IMG/VR virus record: IMGVR_UViG_3300030117_001078
Span: 1-29,831 of that record
Reading direction: 5' to 3' (one strand)
Length of the DNA stretch: 29,831 nucleotides
Source: a virus
Lineage: Duplodnaviria; Caudoviricetes
The stretch's first letter is position 1; each line of letters begins with the position of its first letter. The notes beneath the pieces were generated by a model. It ran no database searches. It worked only from the letters and a program-made list of their open reading frames with translations, and had not been told where the DNA came from. Positions 16,901 through 24,920 of this stretch are shown here, one piece after another. Position numbers and translations under genes: made by a program.

Positions 16901-19644
16901 TTTTAGATAAAGATACTGGACTAGCAGTAGAGATAAATAGTTATGATATTGCTAATATATATGAAGGTGATTACGATGCTGATAAAGTAGATTACTTTTT
17001 TGCACACAGTGACTATATGTTTGATTATATAAAAAGAAATGATGCTCACTTTGTTCAAGGTGTTGATATATCTAAGCTTCAAGAAGATTCAGATTTTACA
17101 TTTGGTTTAGATGCAACTACTTCAAGAAGTAAAATATTATCTAAAATAGGTAATAGTATAGCATTTAAAAAAGGAATAGGTATTGTACAAAAAACACATA
17201 GAAAACTTAATTATTTACAAAACCTAACTGATATAAGTCATTTAAGATATGAATCAGAAGAAGATAAGATAGAGAAGTTAAATGATAGAAAGTGGAGAAA
17301 TATAATAAGGCAAAATGTCAATGGTGAATTAGTAGGACCTGGAGTTTTATATGAAGCAGGTAAAGATAATGATGGTAATAATACTGAAATAATTACAATG
17401 GATACAGAATCACTTTCTTATTTTCAAAGGGCTGCTTTAGAAGTTCAATATGTTATTGATGGAGCAAATAAATTTAATAAGAAACTTGGTAATAATTTAT
17501 ATGAGTGGTCTGATAAATTTTTATTTCCTGACTTAGATAATTCATTAAGTCCTAAGAATGCAGATGCACAAGACTCTAGAGAAATATATGCTAGGGGTAG
17601 AAATGGAGATGGAAGAAGAATAAGAATCTTTCAAAGGTTTAAGCTAGATAGTGATGGTATATATAGAGAAGTAGCTTTAAATGAAGCAGATAAACTAGTT
17701 ATTAAAGAATTTTTAAATCAACAAAATAAATTACTAGCTTCTTTTGGAGATGATACTTACGAAGGTGGACAGAAAAGAAAGACAAGTTTTTATGATATGG
17801 CTATCGGTAGTAAAGCATTTAAAGAATTTCATGAAGATATATATAAGTCATTGAATAGACACTTCTTTCCTAAGTCTTGGAAGAGAAAAGATTTAGATGA
17901 AGCAAATAGTAAATATTTAGATGACTTAATTAATCCAGAAAATGACTTTTTTAATAAGACTAAAGGTAGGATACAGAATATTGCTCAAGGTCAGGGTGGT
18001 AATTATTTAGATAGAATTGCAGTAAAGATAGCAGATAAAGAATTTTTAGATAATAAAAGAGAATACCATATGACGACAGCTAATCATATGGTAATGGACA
18101 ATTGGTTTAAATCTTTAATTGCTGTAGAGCCTGGTCAAATAAAGACTGACGATGATGGAAACACTACTATAGAAACACAAGAAATGTCTCAAGCAGAATT
18201 AGATGATTTTGAATCTTCATTGGATAGATTAACTAAAGGTATTAAAAGTGATACTCAGCAATTTAATAGCATTATTGCTACTATAAAAAGATTAGATAAA
18301 AACAAAAATTATATTAGAAGAAGTAAGTATCCAGAAAAATGGAAACAATCTAAAGTAAAAAGTATTGATTGGGTAATTAATAAAATGAAAGATAAGTTAC
18401 AAAATCAATATAAAGTTCCAAAAAATAAATTACATACAAAAGATTTAAAGTATAAAAACTATGTATCTATAGAATCTAATTCTGATTTAGTAGATAGTGT
18501 TGTTCATGCAAATACAATGGATTCTTTGCTAAGAGGATTTGGTTATGGTATGAACTATGATAGTTGGTATGATACATTAGGTGACGAAGCTAGAAAAGAC
18601 ATGAAGACTATACTTGACTTTAATAAACTAGAGTATGGTAAAGGCGCATTAATAGATGAAGTATTAGCATTTAAAGATAGAACATTAGTTGATAATGAAG
18701 ACTTAATGAAAATGATTAGAGAATATAGACCTAACATATCAACAATTTCAGATTTAAGAAATCAATACTTAACTAAAATGATTGAAAAGCATAAGTTAAA
18801 TTTTCTTTATGCATACATGGAGCCTAGAAGAAACAAAGATGATATAGGAGTATTTAATAATAGACCAATATCTATTCCATACAAAGAAACTGCTAGATAT
18901 AAACAAGGGATACAATTACTTACAGGATTTGCAAGAGGTAATATTGAATTTGCTAAAGATGAATCTGTAAAACAAGCAGGACAAAAAGTATCTGAATTTG
19001 TATTAAAATCAATTATGGAAGGTAATAATCATTATAGAATATTTTTTAATAAAGATACATCATTAATAGATTTTAACAATTTAAACTCTGAAAGATTTGG
19101 ATTAATGGCTTTTGATAAGAATACTAGAATGAGATTAAATGAAAACTCTAGTGATTTTAGTTGGACTAAACAAATGCTTCCAAACAATCCATTATCAACA
19201 ATTAATAAATCTGTTATGAGAATGTACTCTGATTATGCAGATTTAATGCCAGATGCAAATAAAGAAAAATATCAAGATTTCTTACAAAGATTAAATGATT
19301 TAGAAGAGTTTTCTGCTAGACAAGATTATTTAAATCCAATTAAATATGCTCATTTAAGAATGTCATTAGATAAAGACTTTTTAGATATGATGAGAAAAGA
19401 TATATACAATATAGCAGGTGATAATATGCTACCTGATAATATAAAAAACAATCCTATGTATGCTCATATGGAATTTTTAAAGTATGAACCAAAGCAGGCT
19501 AAGTCTCCTAATAAAGCAATAAATATGTTAAAGGTAGTTAGTGAAGCAAATAATGCATTACATACGGCAGCGAGACAGAATCCATTAAAAGATAGTGGAT
19601 ATGAAGTATTTAATAAGATGGGAGAGTATTTAAAATGTCAGTAG
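10915..19644 (+). CDS. Giant virion protein containing a single-chain two-barrel (double-psi beta-barrel) RNA polymerase; probable virion RNAP
   Basis: 2909 aa. Ordered motifs: KRMKLA (~1487), FDSISFLS (D1588), KPVI...YGKTLFV (K1616/K1632), LLTKSGAK (K1660), GEIMLP, RRNP-x4-ND (R1979), EGDYDADK (D2019/D2021/D2023, nt 16969-16983), KKGIGIV, VIDGANK (D2182). G/A-rich hydrophobic segments in the first ~500 aa. Confidence 0.85.
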   Translation: MPTQEAIEALLKLRKEQQQNSTDPFTFTSNRLGQRPVRRITGETEQETQERKEKDNVSLLQAVGAGLYEFGESASFGLLGLGEIGVEKALGEEIDFQESIRKYQEDSSLAAVLGGVGTGAGFLLGAPLKLTGRLLQKPATALIAKATKGQTIGKATANIKKAAVKSGIESKLANEFGNVVTGSTISASAKNKLANEAFTDTTTGFFANLSKSANRKLARKEITESQYDAVLEMGEQVASRGVPLQNISQFARTKYGNTRFGRFATEALHDAFVFSVSDAVMDASFQSQQMLKGEQEEFNLGQVGYSVATGFLAGTAINAATAPFKPLGKMLKSRTDFAQGLRTYLTSRKMYENEPLENIVNSMVGIANNNRKNAFSTSFDYKNLDGVKKSQDLLESDNQSHKTNIKRITAKLIDELGEKDARTKSINWLMSQKKIYGREMLAEATREGMQNYRLIFPRMFVAGAAMAGTQGVQAYATGNELRAEDYISSVLIGAWTQRRGNFAREVDLGKRIQELRSTLEFVGVDTKNTVFGTTFTSNTNMFGVGLARDNERLSKYLKDERIVSDEDESVESGRLAEDERVFYEDVNGNPIDPHNGRMEYVYGLLSQDFKYKIPKDQISERQANEIINILEKQGFKTLDDFDKAYEDRIAESTTTMKETLVSVLRNIEKAEFEDFGITSDTSSKQMSIPKIIEIDTTLLDRARDGEFKEWLSDKDGEKAVEEIRNAFRSLDTVIRSTMAIDSKSAKLSNEGTTINSSDTLKDVYNIVRDSEKAIQSSVDPKDSRAEFRFSDVHSYLMPVIHNEGKKFTKGIMSNLQRNNMTDKLKTALFDVGILQKVDGELKIIDDVSKIKVDEEYKTKFNDLTKLHNVLVALGEFDPISTATNKKVETGNISRLKSSMLDSGIDLSTFNDPNTKFLYQMLLNDISNKRLKDSVASQADIDFIIQQSGNSLLSEPGLLAEGGLRGFRLNKIDAPENREFQNEYNNKIDSLRKESGVVDVADKVRVLSGVQVEEVKFLYDSIYNTTTDSENIGMENLFRALTNSGLESPKNRMLAYMQVFGKKGQIRILSMLKRQGIIDRNADGTLEVNKKFTIEKLNNELGEAKTEEERQKILDLQSDISKDFKEALNPIIDNLDGQGINHYVENEIKEREKIKLRYQEKALDEDVTPSMGVDEFFRKYKFFNEVIDGEGDLIDYSDKSSEFKSDHLKGLDFIYDDLGNKVPKAQLINIAKTLVKDDIKFDDMDGKDQDKVIQDLTQVVRGVLKRKSVKKISIINGEVIYNDDATSREVMQGNPIFNKLESLGLDYGIFDNNVVYTEFGRYVTEKSYNILSTQGLSDSQKSHILFLRGQVQNYLGNNLLNKNLSALSQDNIQIADKGNKGGMLKLDIFDGLDSIVIDRSSSSKIAQDFIRFSKDHISKIDNPNVKRQVKKLVKEFKSAKQDYDYTGENIELATRFLIYEAAYRSKDNEVFYRVLNENSAKNVDTYLKRMKLATTKNFIRSDKTFYEALIDVKETIKDGNKESVQVLKDRLKKHKGKYRIAVWDDEGTETMSTLIDDVVTEYKDQYPELENFSTKHTIGDAHADVSAFDSISFLSKDMMMEMHTIMGHSPNSKSPIKPVISSQGEGKTLLYGKTLFVYSPSLSKFFENNPVDVLLTKSGAKAYDVKTDKKGTDISIIRDIRWNKLNDFQIGQKSGETYSNLVKEIDLDGIGLRAEKEAVRISASESDADYNYMNRREHEAAFREMEDELNASLGYMDKIKSDSFKLRSFMLEQLNKGNIPDDAEDGALKNLSNFVYFLQLDRGANPNDYSSAQVNKYLSKVYIDNIFSNRRAIVNHVYAQDKQDAFRYGGQGPLVQTAGAHQGGKLKTRLLPTLFNKDRKMILRGEIMLPDAERESDLTKLGRKKIRIVNNEAVFTIEEFKQDLKKIEQYDNKEFDKEFDKQFDNAMTLEAIHGVLLKYNKDLNKQGIKSRYQLGIISRRNPRTRPNDITLLGLKGFLDKDTGLAVEINSYDIANIYEGDYDADKVDYFFAHSDYMFDYIKRNDAHFVQGVDISKLQEDSDFTFGLDATTSRSKILSKIGNSIAFKKGIGIVQKTHRKLNYLQNLTDISHLRYESEEDKIEKLNDRKWRNIIRQNVNGELVGPGVLYEAGKDNDGNNTEIITMDTESLSYFQRAALEVQYVIDGANKFNKKLGNNLYEWSDKFLFPDLDNSLSPKNADAQDSREIYARGRNGDGRRIRIFQRFKLDSDGIYREVALNEADKLVIKEFLNQQNKLLASFGDDTYEGGQKRKTSFYDMAIGSKAFKEFHEDIYKSLNRHFFPKSWKRKDLDEANSKYLDDLINPENDFFNKTKGRIQNIAQGQGGNYLDRIAVKIADKEFLDNKREYHMTTANHMVMDNWFKSLIAVEPGQIKTDDDGNTTIETQEMSQAELDDFESSLDRLTKGIKSDTQQFNSIIATIKRLDKNKNYIRRSKYPEKWKQSKVKSIDWVINKMKDKLQNQYKVPKNKLHTKDLKYKNYVSIESNSDLVDSVVHANTMDSLLRGFGYGMNYDSWYDTLGDEARKDMKTILDFNKLEYGKGALIDEVLAFKDRTLVDNEDLMKMIREYRPNISTISDLRNQYLTKMIEKHKLNFLYAYMEPRRNKDDIGVFNNRPISIPYKETARYKQGIQLLTGFARGNIEFAKDESVKQAGQKVSEFVLKSIMEGNNHYRIFFNKDTSLIDFNNLNSERFGLMAFDKNTRMRLNENSSDFSWTKQMLPNNPLSTINKSVMRMYSDYADLMPDANKEKYQDFLQRLNDLEEFSARQDYLNPIKYAHLRMSLDKDFLDMMRKDIYNIAGDNMLPDNIKNNPMYAHMEFLKYEPKQAKSPNKAINMLKVVSEANNALHTAARQNPLKDSGYEVFNKMGEYLKCQ

Positions 19645-22577
19645 TAAGTTGCGATAATATAAATAATAAGAAAGCATTAAAACTTTGGAACTCTATTAGT
19701 AAATGGGCAGATACTGAAATAGTAAACAAAAACATACAAGCTCCTTATCAAGCAGCGATGTCAATGTTTGAATCTAGATTTCATATACCAATGGATTATG
19801 CAGTATTACTTAGTGATGCTCAAGGTGGAGCATTCTTAACTAGAGGTAATATAAATGCATTTATAAAAGATTTATATAGTTATGCTAAGAGAGTTGATAG
19901 TGGTAAGTTTAGTGAGTTTGAAGTTGCTGAAGGATTTATGGTGGGAACTGTACTTGGTAAAAGAGACCCTGTTCTTGCTAAAACTATTAAATCAATTAGA
20001 GAAGTAGTAGATAGTGATAAAAAAAGAAGTAGCGATTTAAATCTTAAATTTAAAAAAATAATAGATGGATTAAGAGGTTCTTCAGATGTTGGTGGTATAT
20101 TTAGTGAAAGAAGATTAAATGCATCATTAAAAAAACATAGACAATTAGAATTAGATTATATTAAAGCATTAGATAGTGGTGTTCAAAAAGATATAGATGA
20201 AAAGTATAAAATATTAACAAAGTTTGAGAGAGATGGTTCTATTAAAACATTTACAGAATTTATAGATATTATTGAAACTAAAATGCCAAAAGCAATATTA
20301 GCAAAGTATAATGATGAAAGAACTATTGCTAGAATAAATGAAGATGGAAGTTTGCAAGACCTTAAAGGTATTAAAAGTAAAGAAAGAAAAATAATAAAAG
20401 AAGCTAGAAAAAGAGTTGAGGAGTACGATAAAGGTACAAAATTAGTAAGACTTACAGATGATGAATCTTTAAAATATTTTAGAGATTTAAATATGCCAGA
20501 AGACATAACTCAATCATTAATTGATTATAATAATTTAATGACTGATTCTTATTCAGTTCTTAGAGCAGGTATTAATGCTAAGATAGATGTACATATAAAA
20601 AGATTAGAAAATAGAAAAGGATTTGCTACAAGTGTAAATAAGTTAGAAGAATTAAAAGATAAAATGCGAGGCGAGTTAATGCCTAAGTATAAAGAAGATG
20701 GATATTTTCCTCATTTTACTAGGCAATTGAATGCTCAAATGATGGATAACATGATGAAACATTTTGACGAATTAGATGATACCAGTATAGATATGAAACA
20801 TACTGGTAAATCAATAGAAGATATTATAGATAATATATCAATTGCATTACCTAACTATGCTAAAGCTAGAGATGATAATAATAAAGACTATAGCATGAAT
20901 TTTATTGATGTAGTTCAAACATATATTAACGATGTAAATAAATTTAATACTCAAGCATTTCTTAAAAAAAGTTTTATAGAATCACTAACAGAAGCTAAAA
21001 GTATGTATACAAAAGAAAATGAATATTCATCTAAAATAGTTGATATGATTAATAGTTTGTATGGTTCTGTTAATGGTGAAATACAAAACTCTGGTTCTCT
21101 TCATGAATTAAAAAAAGCATTACTATCATACCAGTTTACAAATAAACTAGGATTTAGTGTAAGGTCAGCAGCTAGAAATGCTACTCAGTATTTAATGAAC
21201 TATGCAACATTTGGATATAGAGCGGTTCAAGATTCAAGAGCATACTTAAAAGAAAATAAAGCTAGTGATGTATTAGGTTTAGATTTAGACGAGTTTTTAA
21301 GAAGAGAAAACTTATTTATGGAAACATCAGAAGCATTAATAGAATCAGGTATAAGTCCTGAGTCAGCAAGGTCTCATAAAGTAAGAAGAATGGATGAGAA
21401 TGGTAAGATAGTTTATTCCGATGAAGAAAACTTTTTATATAAAGGAGTAAAAATATTTGGAAGCAACATGAGCAAACTTGCTAATTGGAGTTCTGGTATG
21501 CATAGAGCAGTAGAAAATAAGAATAGAAAATTAACTGCTGAGATTGCATTTGCTCAAGTACATAAACTAACTAAGAAGCCAAAGTTTCAAAAATATCTAA
21601 CAAAACTAGCAGAAGAACAAGTTGAAAAGACTGGTAAAGGAACTGTTCAATCTGTTAAAAATAAAATGAGAAGAGATATGATGAGAGCTTATGCAAAGAA
21701 TATGGTTATATTAAATCATTTTGATTATAATGCATATGCTAAAGCAAAAAATATGAGAGAAGGTATTGGTCAATTTATGTTTCAATTTCAACATTATGGT
21801 ATGGAATTTCTTGAAAGAAACTATTCTATATATAAAGAATTTAAAGGAGACTTATCTGCATTGGGTGAAGATAATTTTTCTAATTGGTTAAAAGATGCTA
21901 GAGGTGTACATAAAATGATGAATGTATCAACAGCATATTTCTTAGCACCTGCTCTTCTTAGTTACATAGCAGGATATAATCAAACACTTGTTGAACACAC
22001 TGGTAAAGAAATACTAGAAGATTTATATCATATATTATTTACTGATTATGATGACCCAGAACAATTAGAAAAACTTAACAAAGAGTTTTATGGTAAAGGT
22101 CTTATTGGTTCTAAGTTAGGTCCTACATTTGGTACTATCTTTGACATAGGTATAGCAACAGAATTAATTAATGCTGATAGTGAATACTTAGATAACATAC
22201 TTATTACTGCTGGAGATTTTGGATTAGCAAATAAAGATTTAAGTTCAAGTGATATGATGGGTCAATATATAAGACTTATTAATCAAATGGCAGGTAGAAC
22301 ATATGATAGATATGTACCAATGACTGTTAAAACACCTTATGGTTTAGGAGCAGCTGCTTTTCAAGAAATGACATTCTATCCTACCAATAAAGAACAAGGT
22401 TCATTATATAGAGATTTACTAGAAGAGCCATTAAGAAAATCAGAGAATAAGTTTATTAAGGATTATTATTTTGACAAACTTGAAGAAAAAGGTAGACTTA
22501 AAAAGAAAAAGTATTCTGGATTACCAGTTGATATACAAAATTCATTAAGAGAATTAGAACGAGCAGGCAAGAGATAG
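19635..22577 (+). CDS. Large internal virion/ejection protein
   Basis: 980 aa, helical, GGAG RBS at 19621-19624. Motifs GYFPH, KLGFSVRSAARNATQ and NHFDY...GQFMFQFQHY resemble C-terminal regions of large podophage internal proteins. Hydrophobic segment AYFLAPALLSYIAG. Confidence 0.6.
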   Translation: MSVVSCDNINNKKALKLWNSISKWADTEIVNKNIQAPYQAAMSMFESRFHIPMDYAVLLSDAQGGAFLTRGNINAFIKDLYSYAKRVDSGKFSEFEVAEGFMVGTVLGKRDPVLAKTIKSIREVVDSDKKRSSDLNLKFKKIIDGLRGSSDVGGIFSERRLNASLKKHRQLELDYIKALDSGVQKDIDEKYKILTKFERDGSIKTFTEFIDIIETKMPKAILAKYNDERTIARINEDGSLQDLKGIKSKERKIIKEARKRVEEYDKGTKLVRLTDDESLKYFRDLNMPEDITQSLIDYNNLMTDSYSVLRAGINAKIDVHIKRLENRKGFATSVNKLEELKDKMRGELMPKYKEDGYFPHFTRQLNAQMMDNMMKHFDELDDTSIDMKHTGKSIEDIIDNISIALPNYAKARDDNNKDYSMNFIDVVQTYINDVNKFNTQAFLKKSFIESLTEAKSMYTKENEYSSKIVDMINSLYGSVNGEIQNSGSLHELKKALLSYQFTNKLGFSVRSAARNATQYLMNYATFGYRAVQDSRAYLKENKASDVLGLDLDEFLRRENLFMETSEALIESGISPESARSHKVRRMDENGKIVYSDEENFLYKGVKIFGSNMSKLANWSSGMHRAVENKNRKLTAEIAFAQVHKLTKKPKFQKYLTKLAEEQVEKTGKGTVQSVKNKMRRDMMRAYAKNMVILNHFDYNAYAKAKNMREGIGQFMFQFQHYGMEFLERNYSIYKEFKGDLSALGEDNFSNWLKDARGVHKMMNVSTAYFLAPALLSYIAGYNQTLVEHTGKEILEDLYHILFTDYDDPEQLEKLNKEFYGKGLIGSKLGPTFGTIFDIGIATELINADSEYLDNILITAGDFGLANKDLSSSDMMGQYIRLINQMAGRTYDRYVPMTVKTPYGLGAAAFQEMTFYPTNKEQGSLYRDLLEEPLRKSENKFIKDYYFDKLEEKGRLKKKKYSGLPVDIQNSLRELERAGKR

Positions 22578-22590
22578 TACCTGCTCATTC
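22557..22590. terminator. Hairpin at the convergence of the two arms (candidate terminator)
   Basis: GAGCAGG (22561-22567) pairs with CCTGCTC (22580-22586). On the - strand the stem extends with G-U pairs to about 13 bp. No strong U-tract. Confidence 0.5.
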
Positions 22591-22611
22591 CGTTTACACG
22601 CTATAGGAGAA

Positions 22612-22806
22612 TCATGCGGTAAAAGTTTCTTCTTTTCTTTGTTCTAGTATCTCAACAAGTAATTCAGTTACGCTTACAAGTTCAGTAAGTATTTTAATTG
22701 CTGAATCTGTTTCTTTACTATTAGATAGAATTTTTAATGTTGATTCTACATTATTCATTGTTATTATAAAATCATCTATTTCTTTTTTAGACTTTTGTAA
22801 TATCAT
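22612..22806 (-). CDS. Hypothetical protein (64 aa)
   Basis: GAGG RBS upstream and ATGA overlap with the resolvase gene. Confidence 0.65.
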   Translation of the reverse strand: MILQKSKKEIDDFIITMNNVESTLKILSNSKETDSAIKILTELVSVTELLVEILEQRKEETFTA

Positions 22807-23330
22807 TTATTTCCTCTCTTTTTTAATTTGGTTAATGTATTAATTTTATCTTTTAAATTCATATTATCTAATGCAGTTTTTAAAACTCCAAACATTCCTA
22901 TAAGCACAGCATCAGCAGTATGTAATGTTACTTTCTTTTTTAACAAGTTTTGTTTATCAATTACTCTTTGTGCAATTATTTTTATTTCTTTTTTCCTACT
23001 TACTTTATCTTTTGGTAACTCTAACGACTTCATCCATACTTGTGGAGCAATGAACTTTGTTTCTATCTTATTAGCTGCTAGCAGACCTTGCCAAATCCCA
23101 TAGTTAGTACCAAATTTAAATGCACTGCTACGAGCATCTGTTGGGAATGCGTGTACTTGCTCAATGTATGCTGTAATTGGTGTTGTATTCTCCCATGTCA
23201 TTCTATATGGTTCTAGTATTTCCGCCATCTCTTTTATAGTTTTTGGGCATTTATACATTTCAATTATTGTATCACCATTTACAAATACAATTCCTCCACT
23301 ACGACCTGGGTCTATTCCTATAGTAATCAT
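22803..23330 (-). CDS. ruvC: RuvC-like Holliday junction resolvase (phage type)
   Basis: IGIDPG, YIEQV, FKFGTNYG, PQVW and ADAVLIG motifs of the RNase H-fold resolvases. Confidence 0.85.
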   Translation of the reverse strand: MITIGIDPGRSGGIVFVNGDTIIEMYKCPKTIKEMAEILEPYRMTWENTTPITAYIEQVHAFPTDARSSAFKFGTNYGIWQGLLAANKIETKFIAPQVWMKSLELPKDKVSRKKEIKIIAQRVIDKQNLLKKKVTLHTADAVLIGMFGVLKTALDNMNLKDKINTLTKLKKRGNK

Positions 23331-23623
23331 TAGAAGTCTTTCCTTTCTGTGTACTTGTGTCTTGTAGTATATGTTTTCTTCTTGTAATTACCAAACCATT
23401 TTTTAGGAGTGTATTTATCTCCTATTATTTCACCATTAAATACTTTAATAAATTTATCAATCACTTTACTTTTAACAATATTATTATTTTTATATTGCTT
23501 ACATCCTTTATTAAATGTGTCATTAGGTATTATCTTTGGACTGCTACCATTAACTATTTCAAACCAATAACAAGTTCTATTATGTTCGTAGTAGCAGCCA
23601 TTACAAGATTTATTTTGAATCAT
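23330..23623 (-). CDS. Hypothetical Cys-rich protein (CxxC...C...C)
   Basis: CNGCYYEHNRTC...GCKQY; coupled to both neighbours. Confidence 0.65.
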   Translation of the reverse strand: MIQNKSCNGCYYEHNRTCYWFEIVNGSSPKIIPNDTFNKGCKQYKNNNIVKSKVIDKFIKVFNGEIIGDKYTPKKWFGNYKKKTYTTRHKYTERKDF

Positions 23624-24920
23624 CTTTCGCTAATTTATCGTTCATGTAGAATTTACAACGATTACCATTAAATCCAACTTGATGTGTACCTATCCTACCA
23701 TATCTACTTTTAGCTACAATGATTTCACTTTTGTGTTGGTCATATCTTTCGCTATCAAAGTTATGTCCATAGAATACAAACATAGCAGATTCCGCTGTTT
23801 GTTCAATCACACCACTTTCTGCGTAATCACTCATTCTAGGTCTAGGGTCAATACGTTTCTCAATCTCTCTGTTAAGTTGAGATACTAAGATAACACTACA
23901 ATCTTCAGACTTAGAAATCCATTTGTATTCTTGCATAATCTTTTCAATCTCGAATCGTCTACCTTCTTTGATACCATCTACTTGAATCAATTGTATGTAA
24001 TCATCAATAACAACGTCTGGTTTATGCTTAGATATTTCTCTTAGACAATCATCTAGACTTCGTATATTATCATACATTGTTAGATTTCTGTATTTTTCTT
24101 TCATAAAGTCAGATGTTATTTCAAACTCTTCTTTACTATTATCATCAAGTTCATTTCTACGAACATGACCATACTCAAGCTCTTTACTTTCCATAACTAC
24201 CATCTTCTTAAGCATTTCTGTATTAGACATTTCACGATTGAATAGCATTACATTGTATCCTTGATAGATAAGTCCACGAATAATATTAATAATAAGTGTA
24301 GTCTTACCATGGCCAGGTCTACCTCCAATAACAGTAATCTCTTTACGAGTCATACCACCTGCGAATGAATCAAGATGTGCTAAGTTAAATGGTATTAAAT
24401 TAGAATCTTCTTCCATTACTTTCTTCATATCTTCAATTAATACATTCATATCTACTTGTTTAGATGGTTGTATATTCTTTAGTTCTTGAATAAGTTTATT
24501 ATGCTCACTCAATATTTCTTTTACACTACCATTACTATCGTAACTAGCATCTACAAGTTTAGTTGCTGACTTTGCAGTTTCTCTTTGTATGTATTTTTGC
24601 CATACTATTTTTGCATAGTTTTCTACATTAGCTTTACTAGGTGCAAAATCAGTAAGTCCAGTCATGAAGTATGCAAGTTGCTTACCGCTCATTTCTTGCA
24701 CTTTTTCTGATAAAGTAATAAAGTCTACGTCTATTTGGTCTTTGTATAAATCTTTAAATGCAATCCAAATATCTTTACAATCGTCATTGTAAAATGCTTC
24801 ATTATTTCTTACCCAAGCCATAGCAATTTCTTGTTCTCTTGAACCACCTTTAAGTATGCATCCAAGCAAAGCTTTTTCTGCATCTTCAGAATGTGGTAAT
24901 ATTTTAGTCTCTTCGTTCAT
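23610..24920 (-). CDS. dnaB: Replicative DNA helicase, DnaB family (SF4)
   Basis: N-terminal LPHSEDAEKALLG, Walker A GRPGHGKT, DYIQL, SQLNR, RPRMSDYAESGVIEQ and KSRYG. Confidence 0.95.
   Translation of the reverse strand: MNEETKILPHSEDAEKALLGCILKGGSREQEIAMAWVRNNEAFYNDDCKDIWIAFKDLYKDQIDVDFITLSEKVQEMSGKQLAYFMTGLTDFAPSKANVENYAKIVWQKYIQRETAKSATKLVDASYDSNGSVKEILSEHNKLIQELKNIQPSKQVDMNVLIEDMKKVMEEDSNLIPFNLAHLDSFAGGMTRKEITVIGGRPGHGKTTLIINIIRGLIYQGYNVMLFNREMSNTEMLKKMVVMESKELEYGHVRRNELDDNSKEEFEITSDFMKEKYRNLTMYDNIRSLDDCLREISKHKPDVVIDDYIQLIQVDGIKEGRRFEIEKIMQEYKWISKSEDCSVILVSQLNREIEKRIDPRPRMSDYAESGVIEQTAESAMFVFYGHNFDSERYDQHKSEIIVAKSRYGRIGTHQVGFNGNRCKFYMNDKLAKDDSK

Noticed and set aside
22605-22622. AGGAG followed by ATG CGG TAA minigene on the + strand
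   Set aside because: Only two codons, and it overlaps the stop of a - strand gene; probably chance.
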